NCBI GenBank assembly: GCA_021787335.1
Contig: JAJYMC010000054.1
Location: forward strand, 26,572 to 90,571
Direction of reading: 5' to 3'
DNA length: 64,000 bases
Source of the DNA: Bacillota bacterium
GTDB taxonomy: Bacteria > Bacillota > Sulfobacillia > JAJYWN01 > JAJZPE01
A program made the translations under genes and the position numbers. Below the pieces are notes generated by a model. The model made no database searches. It had not been told where the DNA came from and worked only from the letters and a program-made list of their open reading frames with translations. Of the stretch, positions 25,380 through 34,273 are shown piece after piece. Every line of letters begins with the position of its first letter. The first letter of the stretch is position 1.

Positions 25380-27334
25380 GCACAGAACAGCGAGGACAGC
25401 AGAATGGCGGCGCGGGCGCCGGCCCGCGGCCGGGGGCAGGCCCTGGAGCCGGCCCCGGCTTCGGCCCCGGGCGGGATCCCGGGCGCGGAGGCCCCATGGG
25501 TGGCGGACCCCACGCCGGGATGATGATGCCAGGCGAGAAGGCCAAGGACACCCGCGGCACGCTCCGCCGCCTGGTGGTCTACCTCCAGCCCCGCCGCCCC
25601 CAACTGTCCGTCATCATCGGTATGGCCGTCCTCAGCACCATCTTCAGCATCGTCGGGCCGAAGATCCTCGGCAAGGCGACGACCAAGCTGTTCGAGGGGA
25701 TCGTCGCCAAGATGATGCGGGTGCCGGGGGCCCACGTCGATTACACCTACATCGGCCGGATCATCCTGCTCCTGGCCGGCCTGTATCTCCTGAGCGCCCT
25801 GTTCTCCTATATCCAGCAGTACATCATGGCCGGCGTGGCCCAGAACACGGTCTTTGACATGCGCCGCGACGTCGAGGCTAAGCTGGCGCGGCTTCCCCTG
25901 AAGTACTTCGACTCCCGGACGCACGGCGAGATCCTCAGCCGGGTGACCAACGACATCGACATGGTCAGCAGTACCCTTCAGCAGGGCGTGACCCAGCTAA
26001 TCACATCCGCGGTCACCATCGTCGGCGTGCTCATCATGATGCTGACCATCAGCCCGCTCCTGACCCTCATCGCCGTCGTCACGCTCCCGCTGTCGTTCGT
26101 GGCCACGATGGCCATCGCCAAGCGGTCGCAAAGGTACTTCGGCACCCAGCAGAAGACCATCGGCGAGTTGAATGGCCATGTCGAGGAGATGTACACAGGG
26201 CACGCCATCGTCAAGGCCTTCGGGCGTGAGAAGCGGTCGGTCGCCGAGTTCGGGGCAATCAACGACCGGCTCTACGACGCGGCCTGGCGGGCCCAGTTCG
26301 TCTCGGGGATCCTCTTCCCGCTGATGAACTTCATCAACAACATCGGCTATGTCTTCGTCTCGGTGGTCGGCGGGATCATGGTCACCAAGCGGACCATCGA
26401 GATCGGCGACGTCCAGGCCTTCATCCAGTACTCGCGGCAGTTCAGCCAGCCCATCGTGCAGACGGCCAACATCGTCAACATCATCCAGTCGACCATCGCC
26501 GCCGCCGAGCGCGTCTTCGAGGTCCTCGACGAGGCCGAGCAGATCCCGGACCCGGTGCCGGCCAAGGTCGTCAAGGAACCGAAGGGCGACGTCCGGTTCG
26601 ACCACGTCGATTTCAGCTATAAGCCTGACGTCCCGCTCATCGAGGACATGAACCTGGAGGTCAAGCCAGGCGAGAGCATCGCCATCGTCGGCCCGACCGG
26701 GGCCGGGAAGACGACCCTCGTGAACCTGTTGATGCGCTTCTACGAGGTCCGTGACGGCCGCATCACCGTGGACGGCGTCGACATCCGGAACATGAAACGC
26801 GGCGACCTGCGGCGGATGACCGGCATGGTCCTTCAGGACACCTGGCTCTTCAACGGGACCATCCGGGACAACATCGCCTATGGGCGCGAGGGGGCCACCG
26901 AGGAGGAGATCGTCCAGGCGGCCAAAGCGGCCCGCGCCGACCGCTTCATCCGGAGCCTGCCGGAGGGCTACGATACCGTCCTGAACGAGGAAGCCTCGAA
27001 CATCTCCCAGGGCCAGAAGCAGCTCCTGACCATCGCCCGGGCCATCCTGGCCGACCCGGCCATCCTCATCCTCGACGAAGCCACCAGCAACGTCGACACC
27101 CGGACCGAGGTCCTCATCCAGCGCGGCATGCGGGAACTGATGAAGGGGCGGACCAACTTCGTCATCGCCCACCGCCTCTCGACCATCCGCGACGCCGGCC
27201 TCATCCTGGTGATGAACAACGGCCGGGTGATCGAGCAGGGCACGCACCACGAGCTGTTGGCCAAGAATGGGTTCTACGCCGATCTCTATAACAGCCAGTT
27301 CGCGAAGGCCGGGACGGTCGAGGCGGTGGGGTAA
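25376..27334 (+). CDS. ABC exporter, fused permease/ATPase (heterodimer subunit B) with Gly/Pro-rich N-terminal extension
   Basis: 652 aa. ATGA start/stop overlap with the upstream gene. Walker A GPTGAGKTT, LSQGQKQLLTIARAI and ILILDEATSNVD. Confidence 0.9.
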   Translation: MSTEQRGQQNGGAGAGPRPGAGPGAGPGFGPGRDPGRGGPMGGGPHAGMMMPGEKAKDTRGTLRRLVVYLQPRRPQLSVIIGMAVLSTIFSIVGPKILGKATTKLFEGIVAKMMRVPGAHVDYTYIGRIILLLAGLYLLSALFSYIQQYIMAGVAQNTVFDMRRDVEAKLARLPLKYFDSRTHGEILSRVTNDIDMVSSTLQQGVTQLITSAVTIVGVLIMMLTISPLLTLIAVVTLPLSFVATMAIAKRSQRYFGTQQKTIGELNGHVEEMYTGHAIVKAFGREKRSVAEFGAINDRLYDAAWRAQFVSGILFPLMNFINNIGYVFVSVVGGIMVTKRTIEIGDVQAFIQYSRQFSQPIVQTANIVNIIQSTIAAAERVFEVLDEAEQIPDPVPAKVVKEPKGDVRFDHVDFSYKPDVPLIEDMNLEVKPGESIAIVGPTGAGKTTLVNLLMRFYEVRDGRITVDGVDIRNMKRGDLRRMTGMVLQDTWLFNGTIRDNIAYGREGATEEEIVQAAKAARADRFIRSLPEGYDTVLNEEASNISQGQKQLLTIARAILADPAILILDEATSNVDTRTEVLIQRGMRELMKGRTNFVIAHRLSTIRDAGLILVMNNGRVIEQGTHHELLAKNGFYADLYNSQFAKAGTVEAVG

Positions 27335-27344
27335 GCACCGAAAT

Positions 27345-27385
27345 GAAGAAGGGGGGCCTGATGGCCTCCCCTCTTCTGCTTTTCT
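27345..27385 (+). terminator. intrinsic terminator of marR-ABC exporter operon
   Basis: About 14-bp imperfect stem followed by TGCTTTTCT. Confidence 0.55.
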
Positions 27386-27436
27386 GGACCGGTTCCTCGG
27401 CGGACCGTGGCCTTCCCCGCGCCGTGCGCGGGCGCG

Positions 27437-27478
27437 ACCACAAAAGAAGGAGGCCGCCAACTTGGCGACCTCCTCTTC
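27437..27478 (-). terminator. intrinsic terminator downstream of tRNA-Thr
   Basis: GAAGGAGGCCGCC...GGCGACCTCCTCTTC stem followed by TTTTGTGG on the minus strand. Confidence 0.45.
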
Positions 27479-27488
27479 GATTTCTCTG

Positions 27489-27560
27489 AGCCGGCGATGG
27501 GACTTGAACCCGCAACCTGCTGATTACGATTCAGCTGCTCTACCATTGAGCTACGCCGGC
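27489..27560 (-). tRNA. tRNA-Thr (anticodon CGT)
   Basis: Manual cloverleaf: GCCGGCG acceptor stem, GCTGA/TCAGC anticodon stem with loop ATCGTAA, TTCAAGT T-loop. CCA is not encoded. Confidence 0.8.
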
Positions 27561-27592
27561 TTATATCAGTGCGGCAATCAGCCGCGCTGTCT

Positions 27593-27621
27593 ATCATAGC
27601 ACATTTCGAAGGTTACGGCAA
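27593..27621 (-). promoter_or_regulatory. tRNA-Thr promoter (TTGCCG-17-TATGAT)
   Basis: Minus-strand hexamers lie 30-60 nt upstream of the tRNA 5' end. Confidence 0.45.
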
Positions 27622-27627
27622 CCTGCC

Positions 27628-28134
27628 TCAGCGACCGCGACCCGTGCGCCGCACGGCTTTGACCGGCTTGGCCGCCCGGCCCGGCTTGGTGACCTTGGCC
27701 CTGGGTTTGGCCGCCGCCGGGGTTATCGGCTGAGCCAGCTTGCGCTGCCTCCAGGCCATGTGCCGCCTGACCAGTTCCTCGATCTGGCCCATGTATCGTG
27801 GGTTCTTGCGCTCCTCGCGGAGCTGGCCGATCCAGGGCTCGACGGCCATCCAGACGCCGATATGCTCGCCGGTGGTCGAGAAGAAGAGCTCTTCGTTGAG
27901 CACGCCCTGCAGGACGAGGGCCGCGACCATGTCCCAGTAGCTCGTCACCTGACGGAAGAAGGCGTTGGCGTCGGAACCCGGGGGGCACTGAGCCTTGAAC
28001 TCGTTGACGGTCTTCGCTTTGAGCTCAGAGGAGAACCACTTGCGCGCTTTGCGTAGGAGTTCTTCGCGCCTCATGTCATAGAGGCGCAGGATCAGGTCGG
28101 CATCCTGATAGGTGGGTTTAGCCAAGTCCATCAC
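27628..28134 (-). CDS. hypothetical protein with Lys/Ala/Pro-rich basic C-terminal tail
   Basis: 168 aa with no family I can name. C-terminus AAKPRAKVTKPGRAAKPVKAVRR is histone-H1-like. Flanked by two tRNA genes. GGAGGG RBS. Confidence 0.5.
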   Translation of the reverse strand: MMDLAKPTYQDADLILRLYDMRREELLRKARKWFSSELKAKTVNEFKAQCPPGSDANAFFRQVTSYWDMVAALVLQGVLNEELFFSTTGEHIGVWMAVEPWIGQLREERKNPRYMGQIEELVRRHMAWRQRKLAQPITPAAAKPRAKVTKPGRAAKPVKAVRRTGRGR

Positions 28135-28207
28135 CCTCCGCGCGATTGATGTTTCGTACAGCTAAATGTTAGCACAGCTTGTCTGCGGAGGCAACGACTG
28201 GCAGCCG

Positions 28208-28244
28208 ATAGAAAACGAATCGCCGACCGGTTGACCGGTCGGCG
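28208..28244 (-). terminator. intrinsic terminator downstream of tRNA-Gly
   Basis: Perfect CGCCGACCGG/CCGGTCGGCG stem with loop TTGA, followed by ATTCGTTTTCTAT on the minus strand. Confidence 0.55.
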
Positions 28245-28247
28245 CTG

Positions 28248-28319
28248 AGCGGGAGACGGGATTCGAACCCGCGGCCTTCGGCTTGGGAAGCCAACGTTCT
28301 ACCACTAAACTACTCCCGC
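28248..28319 (-). tRNA. tRNA-Gly (anticodon CCC)
   Basis: GCGGGAG acceptor stem, anticodon loop TTCCCAA, GGTTCGAATCC T-arm. A downstream hairpin plus T-tract lies at 28208-28244. Confidence 0.8.
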
Positions 28320-28336
28320 GATGTCTGCAAGGCTTA

Positions 28337-29512
28337 TTATAACCGATACGTTTGGGCGATGCAAGTTCCGCCCATCGCCGCCAAATGCCCATCTTGGGCT
28401 TCAATGCGCCCTTTCTTTGACCGCTCAGCCCTGTTTTGCAGGTCAAGCAGCTTTAGCAGCGGCCGCGCGCCCGAGCCCGGCCGGACGGCTGAGAACTGAT
28501 GGTTGCGCCGTTCGGCCGAGGTCCAGCGGTATTTGTAGTCTTCGGCCCCACGGAGGAAGTCGAAGAGCCGGAGACCCTCCGCGATGGCCCGCTGGATGGA
28601 GTGGGCGACCACGAGGCTGCCCACCCCGGCCCAGGACCAGGCCGGATCGAAGCCGCCGGAGTAGTAGAAGGTCCCGGCCGAGGTCCGGAAGCTGTACTGG
28701 CTGGCCACGCATTCGCCGTTGGCATAGGCCAGGTAGAGGCGCAGGCGGCCCTCGTCGAGGAACCGGCGGGCGACGTCGAGGTGGAACCGCCGCACGGATG
28801 GCAAGGCGAAACTGCCGGGCATCCCCCGCCGCTGCCACCGCCGCTGGTGAAGGCGGAACATCTCAGCCATTGCCGCAGGCAGGGCGGCCGGATCCTCGAC
28901 CAGCCGGATCTCGAACTGGCTCTCCTTCTCGATCCGGCGGCGGTAGTAATCGAGGTGCTTGCGGGTCTTCTTGCCGAGCGTCGCACGCAGTTCCTCCCAG
29001 GTCCCGGGGAGCTCGAGGTACGGGCAGACCTCCTGCGGCAATAGAACCGACGGCCAACCGGCGGCCGCGGCCGCGCTCCGGAAGGCGGCCAGGGCCGGAG
29101 AGTCGCCGGGCACTTCTTCGAGGGTCAGGAGTTGCCAGGCGCGCCCGTGGGCGGCCAGAAAGGCGACGAGAGCCTTGGCCAAGTCCTCTTCCTTCCCCCG
29201 GGTGAGGATCAGGTCGAGGTAATCGCTGTTGCCGGCGCCCATCAGGCGGAGCCGCCGGACCGGCACCCCGGGGACGAGCCACTCACGATAGAACGGGGCC
29301 AGACCGGTTAGCCGGCCTTCCCCGTCCCGTAGAGTCACGATGAACAGCCGTTTGCCCGCGCGGTGGTGGTCCCACCAGCACGAGGCCCAGGTCCAGGTGG
29401 AAAAAGGGCGGTTCTCCGAGCTGCGCTCGAGGAGCTCGTCCCATTCATGGCGTAACGCCTTCAGGTCCGCCTCGTCGGCCGCCACGGAGACCGTATACTC
29501 AGCGTCTGACAC
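28337..29512 (-). CDS. BioF2-like / FemAB-superfamily GNAT acetyltransferase (CelD-like)
   Basis: 391 aa with the characteristic C-terminal GNAT/Fem-like fold (YLAYANGECVASQYSFRTSAGTFYYSGGFDPAW). Confidence 0.55.
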   Translation of the reverse strand: MSDAEYTVSVAADEADLKALRHEWDELLERSSENRPFSTWTWASCWWDHHRAGKRLFIVTLRDGEGRLTGLAPFYREWLVPGVPVRRLRLMGAGNSDYLDLILTRGKEEDLAKALVAFLAAHGRAWQLLTLEEVPGDSPALAAFRSAAAAAGWPSVLLPQEVCPYLELPGTWEELRATLGKKTRKHLDYYRRRIEKESQFEIRLVEDPAALPAAMAEMFRLHQRRWQRRGMPGSFALPSVRRFHLDVARRFLDEGRLRLYLAYANGECVASQYSFRTSAGTFYYSGGFDPAWSWAGVGSLVVAHSIQRAIAEGLRLFDFLRGAEDYKYRWTSAERRNHQFSAVRPGSGARPLLKLLDLQNRAERSKKGRIEAQDGHLAAMGGTCIAQTYRL

Positions 29513-30116
29513 GGCGGATAGTCCACCACCAAGCGCCCCCGATGACGACGACGGCCAGGGTGATGACCCAGGCCAGGTGGGGCTTGATCAGATTGATGAC
29601 GACTTCATAGTGCCCGCTGAAGGCATAAAACAGCCAGAGCCAACCGGCCGTCCAGGTCGCCTCGGCGATGAGCTGGTAGAGGACGTAGGCGTCGAGCCGC
29701 ATCTTGCCAAGCCCGGCGGCGATGATGGCCGGCGTCCGGATGATGCCGAACCAGCGGGCGGCGACCATGGTGGCCCCGCCATAGCGAGCAAAGTAGCCTT
29801 GGACTTTGGTCAGTTCCTTGTCGGTGACGCCGAGCCGCCGGCCATAACGGTCGACGACGGCGCGCCCCCCGCGGTACCCCACCCAATAGCCGCCGAGGTT
29901 GCCCAGAGTCTCGCCGATCGTGGCGATGACCCAGACCACGGGGAAGCTCATCTTCCCTTGGACCATCAGAAGCCCGGCCACGATAAAGTGGATCTCGATG
30001 GGAATCGGGAGACCCGTGCCCTCAAGGACAGTGGCGGCGAAGATACCGCCGTAGCCGTATTTGACGGCCCAGCCGTAGAAGATGCCGGCCCATCCGCCCA
30101 GGGCTCCAATGTCCAT
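29499..30116 (-). CDS. DedA family membrane protein
   Basis: 205 aa with the DedA/SNARE-associated signature (FIVAGLL...GNLGGYWVGYRGGR). Confidence 0.8.
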   Translation of the reverse strand: MDIGALGGWAGIFYGWAVKYGYGGIFAATVLEGTGLPIPIEIHFIVAGLLMVQGKMSFPVVWVIATIGETLGNLGGYWVGYRGGRAVVDRYGRRLGVTDKELTKVQGYFARYGGATMVAARWFGIIRTPAIIAAGLGKMRLDAYVLYQLIAEATWTAGWLWLFYAFSGHYEVVINLIKPHLAWVITLAVVVIGGAWWWTIRRVRR

Positions 30117-30168
30117 TTGGTCTCCTCGCAGCCGTGGTGCCCTTGTCCATCAGGCGCCGGCGTCCTGG

Positions 30169-31452
30169 TCAGAAAGCCTCGGTCAGGGCCAGGGTCTGGG
30201 TCCGCTCGCGGCCGACTGAGACGAGGCCGATCTTCGTCTTGGTGAGGTCCTCGACAAGTGACAGATAAGCCCGGGCCGCCTGCGGGAGTTGGTCAAAGGA
30301 GGTGAGGCGGTCGAGGTCGGCCGGCCAGCCCTCGAGTTCCTCGTAGACCGGCTGGCACTGGGCCAGGTCGTCAAGGGAGGCCGGGAATTCGGCCACCTTC
30401 TGGTCTCCCTTTCGGTAGTGGGTGCAGACCTTGACCTTGTCGATCCCGCCGAGGGTGTCCAGGCGAGTGACGGCGAGCAGCCCGATGCCGCTGGTCCGGA
30501 CGGCGTAGCGGACGATGACCAGGTCGAGCCAGCCGCACCGGCGCGGCCGCCCGGTGGTGGTCCCGTATTCAGCGCCTCGTTGGCGGATCCACTCCCCGGT
30601 CTCGTCGAGGAGTTCGGTCGGGAAGGGCCCATCGCCGACGCGCGTCGTGTAGGACTTCATGACCCCGACGACACGGCCGATCCTGGTCGGCCCGATACCG
30701 GCCCCGATGCAGGCTCCCCCGGCGATTGGGTGAGATGACGTCACGTAAGGGTATGTGCCCAGGTCGATGTCGAGAAGCGTGCCCTGGGCGCCTTCGAAGA
30801 GCACCTTCCGGCCTTCGTCGATGGCCTGGTTGATGACCAGCGACGTGTCGGCCACGAAGGGCCGGATCCGCTCGTAGACCCGCTCGACCTCGCCGATGAT
30901 CTCGTCGACGGTGAACCCCGGCTGGCCGTAGACGCGCTCCAATAGCCGGTTCTTCTCATCCAGGGCCATGGCCAGCTTGGCCCGGAAGGACGCCCGGTCG
31001 GCCAGGTCGCAGACGCGGAGCCCGATGCGCGCGGTCTTGTCGGCGTAGGCGGGGCCGATGCCGCGGCGGGTGGTGCCGATGCGGTTCTTCCCTTTGCGCT
31101 CTTCGTCGACCTCGTCGAGACGGCGGTGATACGGCAACAACAGGTGGGCGCGGTCGCTGATCTTGAGGTTGAAGCTCCTGACGCCTTGCTCCTTCAGGTA
31201 GTTCAACTCGTGGTCGAGGACCTCGAGGTCGAGGACGACTCCGTTGCCGATGACGCAGACCTTCTCGGGATAGAAGATGCCCGAGGGGATGAGATGAAGC
31301 TTGTACTCACGCCCCTTGACCACGACGGTGTGCCCCGCGTTGTTGCCTCCCTGGTAGCGGACCACCATATCGACCTTCTCGGCCAGATAGTCGGTGATCT
31401 TTCCCTTGCCTTCGTCGCCCCACTGGGCGCCAACGATGACGGTCGCCGGCAA
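30169..31452 (-). CDS. purA: adenylosuccinate synthetase
   Basis: 427 aa with [10 protein letters not shown]-loop and GGNNAGHTV. Full-length PurA. Confidence 0.95.
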   Translation of the reverse strand: MPATVIVGAQWGDEGKGKITDYLAEKVDMVVRYQGGNNAGHTVVVKGREYKLHLIPSGIFYPEKVCVIGNGVVLDLEVLDHELNYLKEQGVRSFNLKISDRAHLLLPYHRRLDEVDEERKGKNRIGTTRRGIGPAYADKTARIGLRVCDLADRASFRAKLAMALDEKNRLLERVYGQPGFTVDEIIGEVERVYERIRPFVADTSLVINQAIDEGRKVLFEGAQGTLLDIDLGTYPYVTSSHPIAGGACIGAGIGPTRIGRVVGVMKSYTTRVGDGPFPTELLDETGEWIRQRGAEYGTTTGRPRRCGWLDLVIVRYAVRTSGIGLLAVTRLDTLGGIDKVKVCTHYRKGDQKVAEFPASLDDLAQCQPVYEELEGWPADLDRLTSFDQLPQAARAYLSLVEDLTKTKIGLVSVGRERTQTLALTEAF

Positions 31453-31455
31453 CGG

Positions 31456-32865
31456 TCATTCCTCCCCGGTGATGCCTTCTCGTCTGAGGATTTCCTGGGC
31501 CACATGGACGCCGGAGGCTGAAGCCTGGACCAACCCGCGGGTGACCCCGGCCCCGTCCCCGGCGGCGAAGAGATTGTGGATCTTCGTCTCGAGGGCGTTG
31601 GACAGCTCCAGCCGTTGCGAATAGAACTTGACCTCCACCCCGTACAGGAGGGTGTGGCGGGAGTATACACCGGGGAGGATCTTGTCCATCGCCTGGAGCA
31701 TCTCGAGGATGCTGGTCAGGTGGCGATATGGCAGGACCAGGCTGAGGTCCCCCGGGGTGGCATCCTTGAGGGTTGGCTCGACCATGCCTCGTTGCAGGCG
31801 CTTCTGGGTCGAGCGCCGGCCGGCCAGGAGGTCCCCGAGGCGCTGGACGAGGACGCCGCCGCCGAGCATATTGGCCAGGGTGGCGATGTCCTTGCCGTAG
31901 GCCAGGGGCTCTTTGAACGGCTCGGTGAACGTCTTGCTGACCAGGAGGGCGAAGTTCGTGTTGTCGGTGCGCTTGTCGAGATAGCTGTGGCCGTTGACGG
32001 TGAGCAGGCCGCCGCTGTTCTCGATGACCACTTCACCGTACGGGTTGACGCAGAAGGTCCGCACCTGGTCGTCGAAGGACTTGGAGTAGTAGATGAGCTT
32101 GGCCTCGTATAGCTCGCGGGTGAAGGCTTCGAGGACGACGGCCGGAAGCTCGACGCGGACGCCGATGTCGACCGGGTTGTTGGCCAGGGGCAGGTTCAGT
32201 TTCTTGGCCTGGCCGGCGAACCACTCGGCGCCCTCCCGCCCGGGGACGACGACGACATAGTGGCTCTTGACCTCCTGCCCGCGGGTGAGCCGGACGCCCG
32301 TGACCCGGTCATCCCGGCTGATGAGTTCCTCCGCCTGCACGTGGGTCCGAACCTCGACGCGGGACTCCAGGTGCCCGCGCATGGCGGTGAGGACCTCAAG
32401 GCATCGGTCGGTGCCGAGATGGCGGACGTGGGTCGAGACCAGAGACAGGTCGGCCGTGGCCGCCTGGCGCTGGAGTTCGCGGAAGATTTCGTTGTTGGTG
32501 CCGTAGACCGTCTCAGGAGCGCCGTACTTCAGGTAGACCTGGTCGACGTAGCTGATCAGCTTGACCAGAGCCGAGCGGCCGATGTACTGCTCGAGCCAGC
32601 CGCCGACGGCCGGGGTCAGGGTCAACTTCCCGTCGCTGTAAGCGCCGGCGCCTCCCCACCCCGAAAGGATGAGGCACGGCTTGCACCGCGTGCACCCGGT
32701 GGTCTTGACCTGCATCGGGCAGTGACGCTTGGCGATGTCCGGCCCTTTCTCGACGATGAGGACTTTCAGCTGGGGGGCCTTGTCGGCCAGTTCGAGAGCG
32801 GTGAAGATGCCGGCGGGCCCGGCACCGACGATGACGACGTCGTATGTCTCTTTGCCTTCGGGCAT
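31456..32865 (-). CDS. FAD-dependent dehydrogenase (COG2509-like NAD(FAD)-utilising family)
   Basis: 469 aa with VVIVGAGPAGIFTALEL dinucleotide-binding motif. AGGAGG RBS. 3-nt gap to purA. Confidence 0.75.
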   Translation of the reverse strand: MPEGKETYDVVIVGAGPAGIFTALELADKAPQLKVLIVEKGPDIAKRHCPMQVKTTGCTRCKPCLILSGWGGAGAYSDGKLTLTPAVGGWLEQYIGRSALVKLISYVDQVYLKYGAPETVYGTNNEIFRELQRQAATADLSLVSTHVRHLGTDRCLEVLTAMRGHLESRVEVRTHVQAEELISRDDRVTGVRLTRGQEVKSHYVVVVPGREGAEWFAGQAKKLNLPLANNPVDIGVRVELPAVVLEAFTRELYEAKLIYYSKSFDDQVRTFCVNPYGEVVIENSGGLLTVNGHSYLDKRTDNTNFALLVSKTFTEPFKEPLAYGKDIATLANMLGGGVLVQRLGDLLAGRRSTQKRLQRGMVEPTLKDATPGDLSLVLPYRHLTSILEMLQAMDKILPGVYSRHTLLYGVEVKFYSQRLELSNALETKIHNLFAAGDGAGVTRGLVQASASGVHVAQEILRREGITGEE

Positions 32866-32901
32866 CTGCCTGCCTCCTGTCTGGACTAGTCTTGCACTTT
32901 G

Positions 32902-32945
32902 GCGCAGAAAAACAACCGGCCGTCTGGGGCCCCCCGGTCGGCCGG
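32902..32945 (-). terminator. leader intrinsic terminator (candidate attenuator) upstream of FAD-dehydrogenase/purA
   Basis: GC-rich hairpin CCGGCCG...CGGCCGG followed by TTGTTTTTCTGCGCC on the minus strand. Located between the promoter and the AGGAGG RBS. Confidence 0.5.
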
Positions 32946-32978
32946 CAATGTTCTGTTCTCAGTGGAGGCCCGCCTCTT

Positions 32979-33026
32979 ATCATACCAGGGGTTGGTCGAT
33001 TGGTCAACGTCTAACCGAACGTTCTA
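32979..33026 (-). promoter_or_regulatory. promoter (TTGACC-17-TATGAT) with adjacent PurBox-like CCGAAC/GAACGTTC palindrome, for the FAD-dehydrogenase-purA operon
   Basis: Minus-strand -35 at 33002-33007 and -10 at 32979-32984. The palindrome GAACGTTC, containing CCGAAC, lies at 33014-33025. Confidence 0.45.
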
Positions 33027-33140
33027 CGGCGTCGGCTCTTTAATGTTCGTCCATCGGGACTGCGGCTGTGGCAGCCGGGTCTTCTCCTCCGTATGATGTG
33101 AGGCGGGTATGCCCGTCAATCATGGGAGGGAAGTGCCCCA

Positions 33141-34256
33141 ATGAGTCAGTCCGCATCACTGTCGTCCAGCCCCGAATTGCAGGCCGCGTTGCGGCGGGCT
33201 GGTCCGGGTCAGGTTATCGGACTCGACGGCCTGGACACGAACGCTGGTCGGCGGTTGAACCTGGTGGTCAACGACGGCGGCCAATCCCTGCTCTTCTCGA
33301 ACGACCCCGAGAGCATCACTCAACCCAACCGCGTCCTTGCCCGGGAGCCGAGCTTGCCCCAGGGGGAGAACCGCGTCTTCTTCCATCATCAGAACGGGAC
33401 CCACCGCCCGCAACGGGTGGCCCTGGTGGCCCGCGGCGGTCCCGGCGGTTCCTGGGTGGCGGTGCGTCGAAGTGGTGTGGGCGGCCCGTGGAGCGACCCG
33501 CTCGTCGTCGGTCGGCGGGCCTTCTATCGTTGGTTGTCCGACAACCAGTACTATCCGGCCGTGCGTCTGGCTGAGGGCGAGGTCACGATACTAGATCCGT
33601 CCCTGGCCACGCTGACGGTCGACCAGGGGCAGACCATCGGGGGCATCATCGACATCGGCGTCTTCCCGGGAACCCCGGTCGAAGTGGCCGTCGTGGCCTG
33701 TGACCCGGAGGTGCCTATGGAGAAGGCTTACCCGTCGCTCTTGGCCCACCCGCGCAGCGGCAACGAGTTCGTCCGGGGAACCGCGAAGGCCTGTGACCGC
33801 CTGCTCGATATGGCCAATGACGGCATTCATGACGCGGCCTACGACACGTCCTGGGGGGTGGCCTACTATCGGGCCGGCGACGGCGTCGTCGACCCATTCT
33901 TGGCGGTGGCCGACAGGCTGACGCCTTCCGGAGACCCACAGCCGTTGGCCGGCAACTTCGGACTGCTCTATCGTTTCCATCTCTGGCTGACCGGGAGCGA
34001 CGGCCAGGCCGTGGCCTTGCTCGTCAACCCGTGCGGGACCGACTATGGTGGCGCCATCAAGGTGGCCCCCGGCCTTGACGGGGGCGGCGACGTCTACCTG
34101 CCCTGGTCCCCCGACTCGATCCGCGACCCATTCCAGGCCGTGCTGGCCGGGCGGTATCTGCCGCGAGCCGGCGTGAGCCTGTGGTTCCAGTTCATGATTC
34201 CGGGCGGCTCAAACGCCCCCATCAATCTGGTCTTGGTCCCGTACCACCCGGCCTGA
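33141..34256 (+). CDS. hypothetical protein (orphan, no recognisable domain)
   Basis: 371 aa with no signal peptide or TM helices. GGGAGGG RBS. The only plus-strand gene for about 20 kb. Confidence 0.5.
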   Translation: MSQSASLSSSPELQAALRRAGPGQVIGLDGLDTNAGRRLNLVVNDGGQSLLFSNDPESITQPNRVLAREPSLPQGENRVFFHHQNGTHRPQRVALVARGGPGGSWVAVRRSGVGGPWSDPLVVGRRAFYRWLSDNQYYPAVRLAEGEVTILDPSLATLTVDQGQTIGGIIDIGVFPGTPVEVAVVACDPEVPMEKAYPSLLAHPRSGNEFVRGTAKACDRLLDMANDGIHDAAYDTSWGVAYYRAGDGVVDPFLAVADRLTPSGDPQPLAGNFGLLYRFHLWLTGSDGQAVALLVNPCGTDYGGAIKVAPGLDGGGDVYLPWSPDSIRDPFQAVLAGRYLPRAGVSLWFQFMIPGGSNAPINLVLVPYHPA

Positions 34257-34273
34257 GCCGGGCTTCTTTTCTG

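Noticed and set aside
25997-27460. 487-aa minus-strand ORF
   Set aside because: Antisense to the second ABC exporter gene, which has complete Walker and signature motifs.
28321-29205. 294-aa plus-strand ORF overlapping tRNA-Gly and the BioF2-like gene
   Set aside because: Extremely Arg/Pro/Gly-rich. Overlaps a tRNA and a better-supported CDS.
32899-33096. 65-aa plus-strand ORF in the FAD-dehydrogenase leader region
   Set aside because: Overlaps the promoter, terminator and leader of the minus-strand operon, with no RBS.
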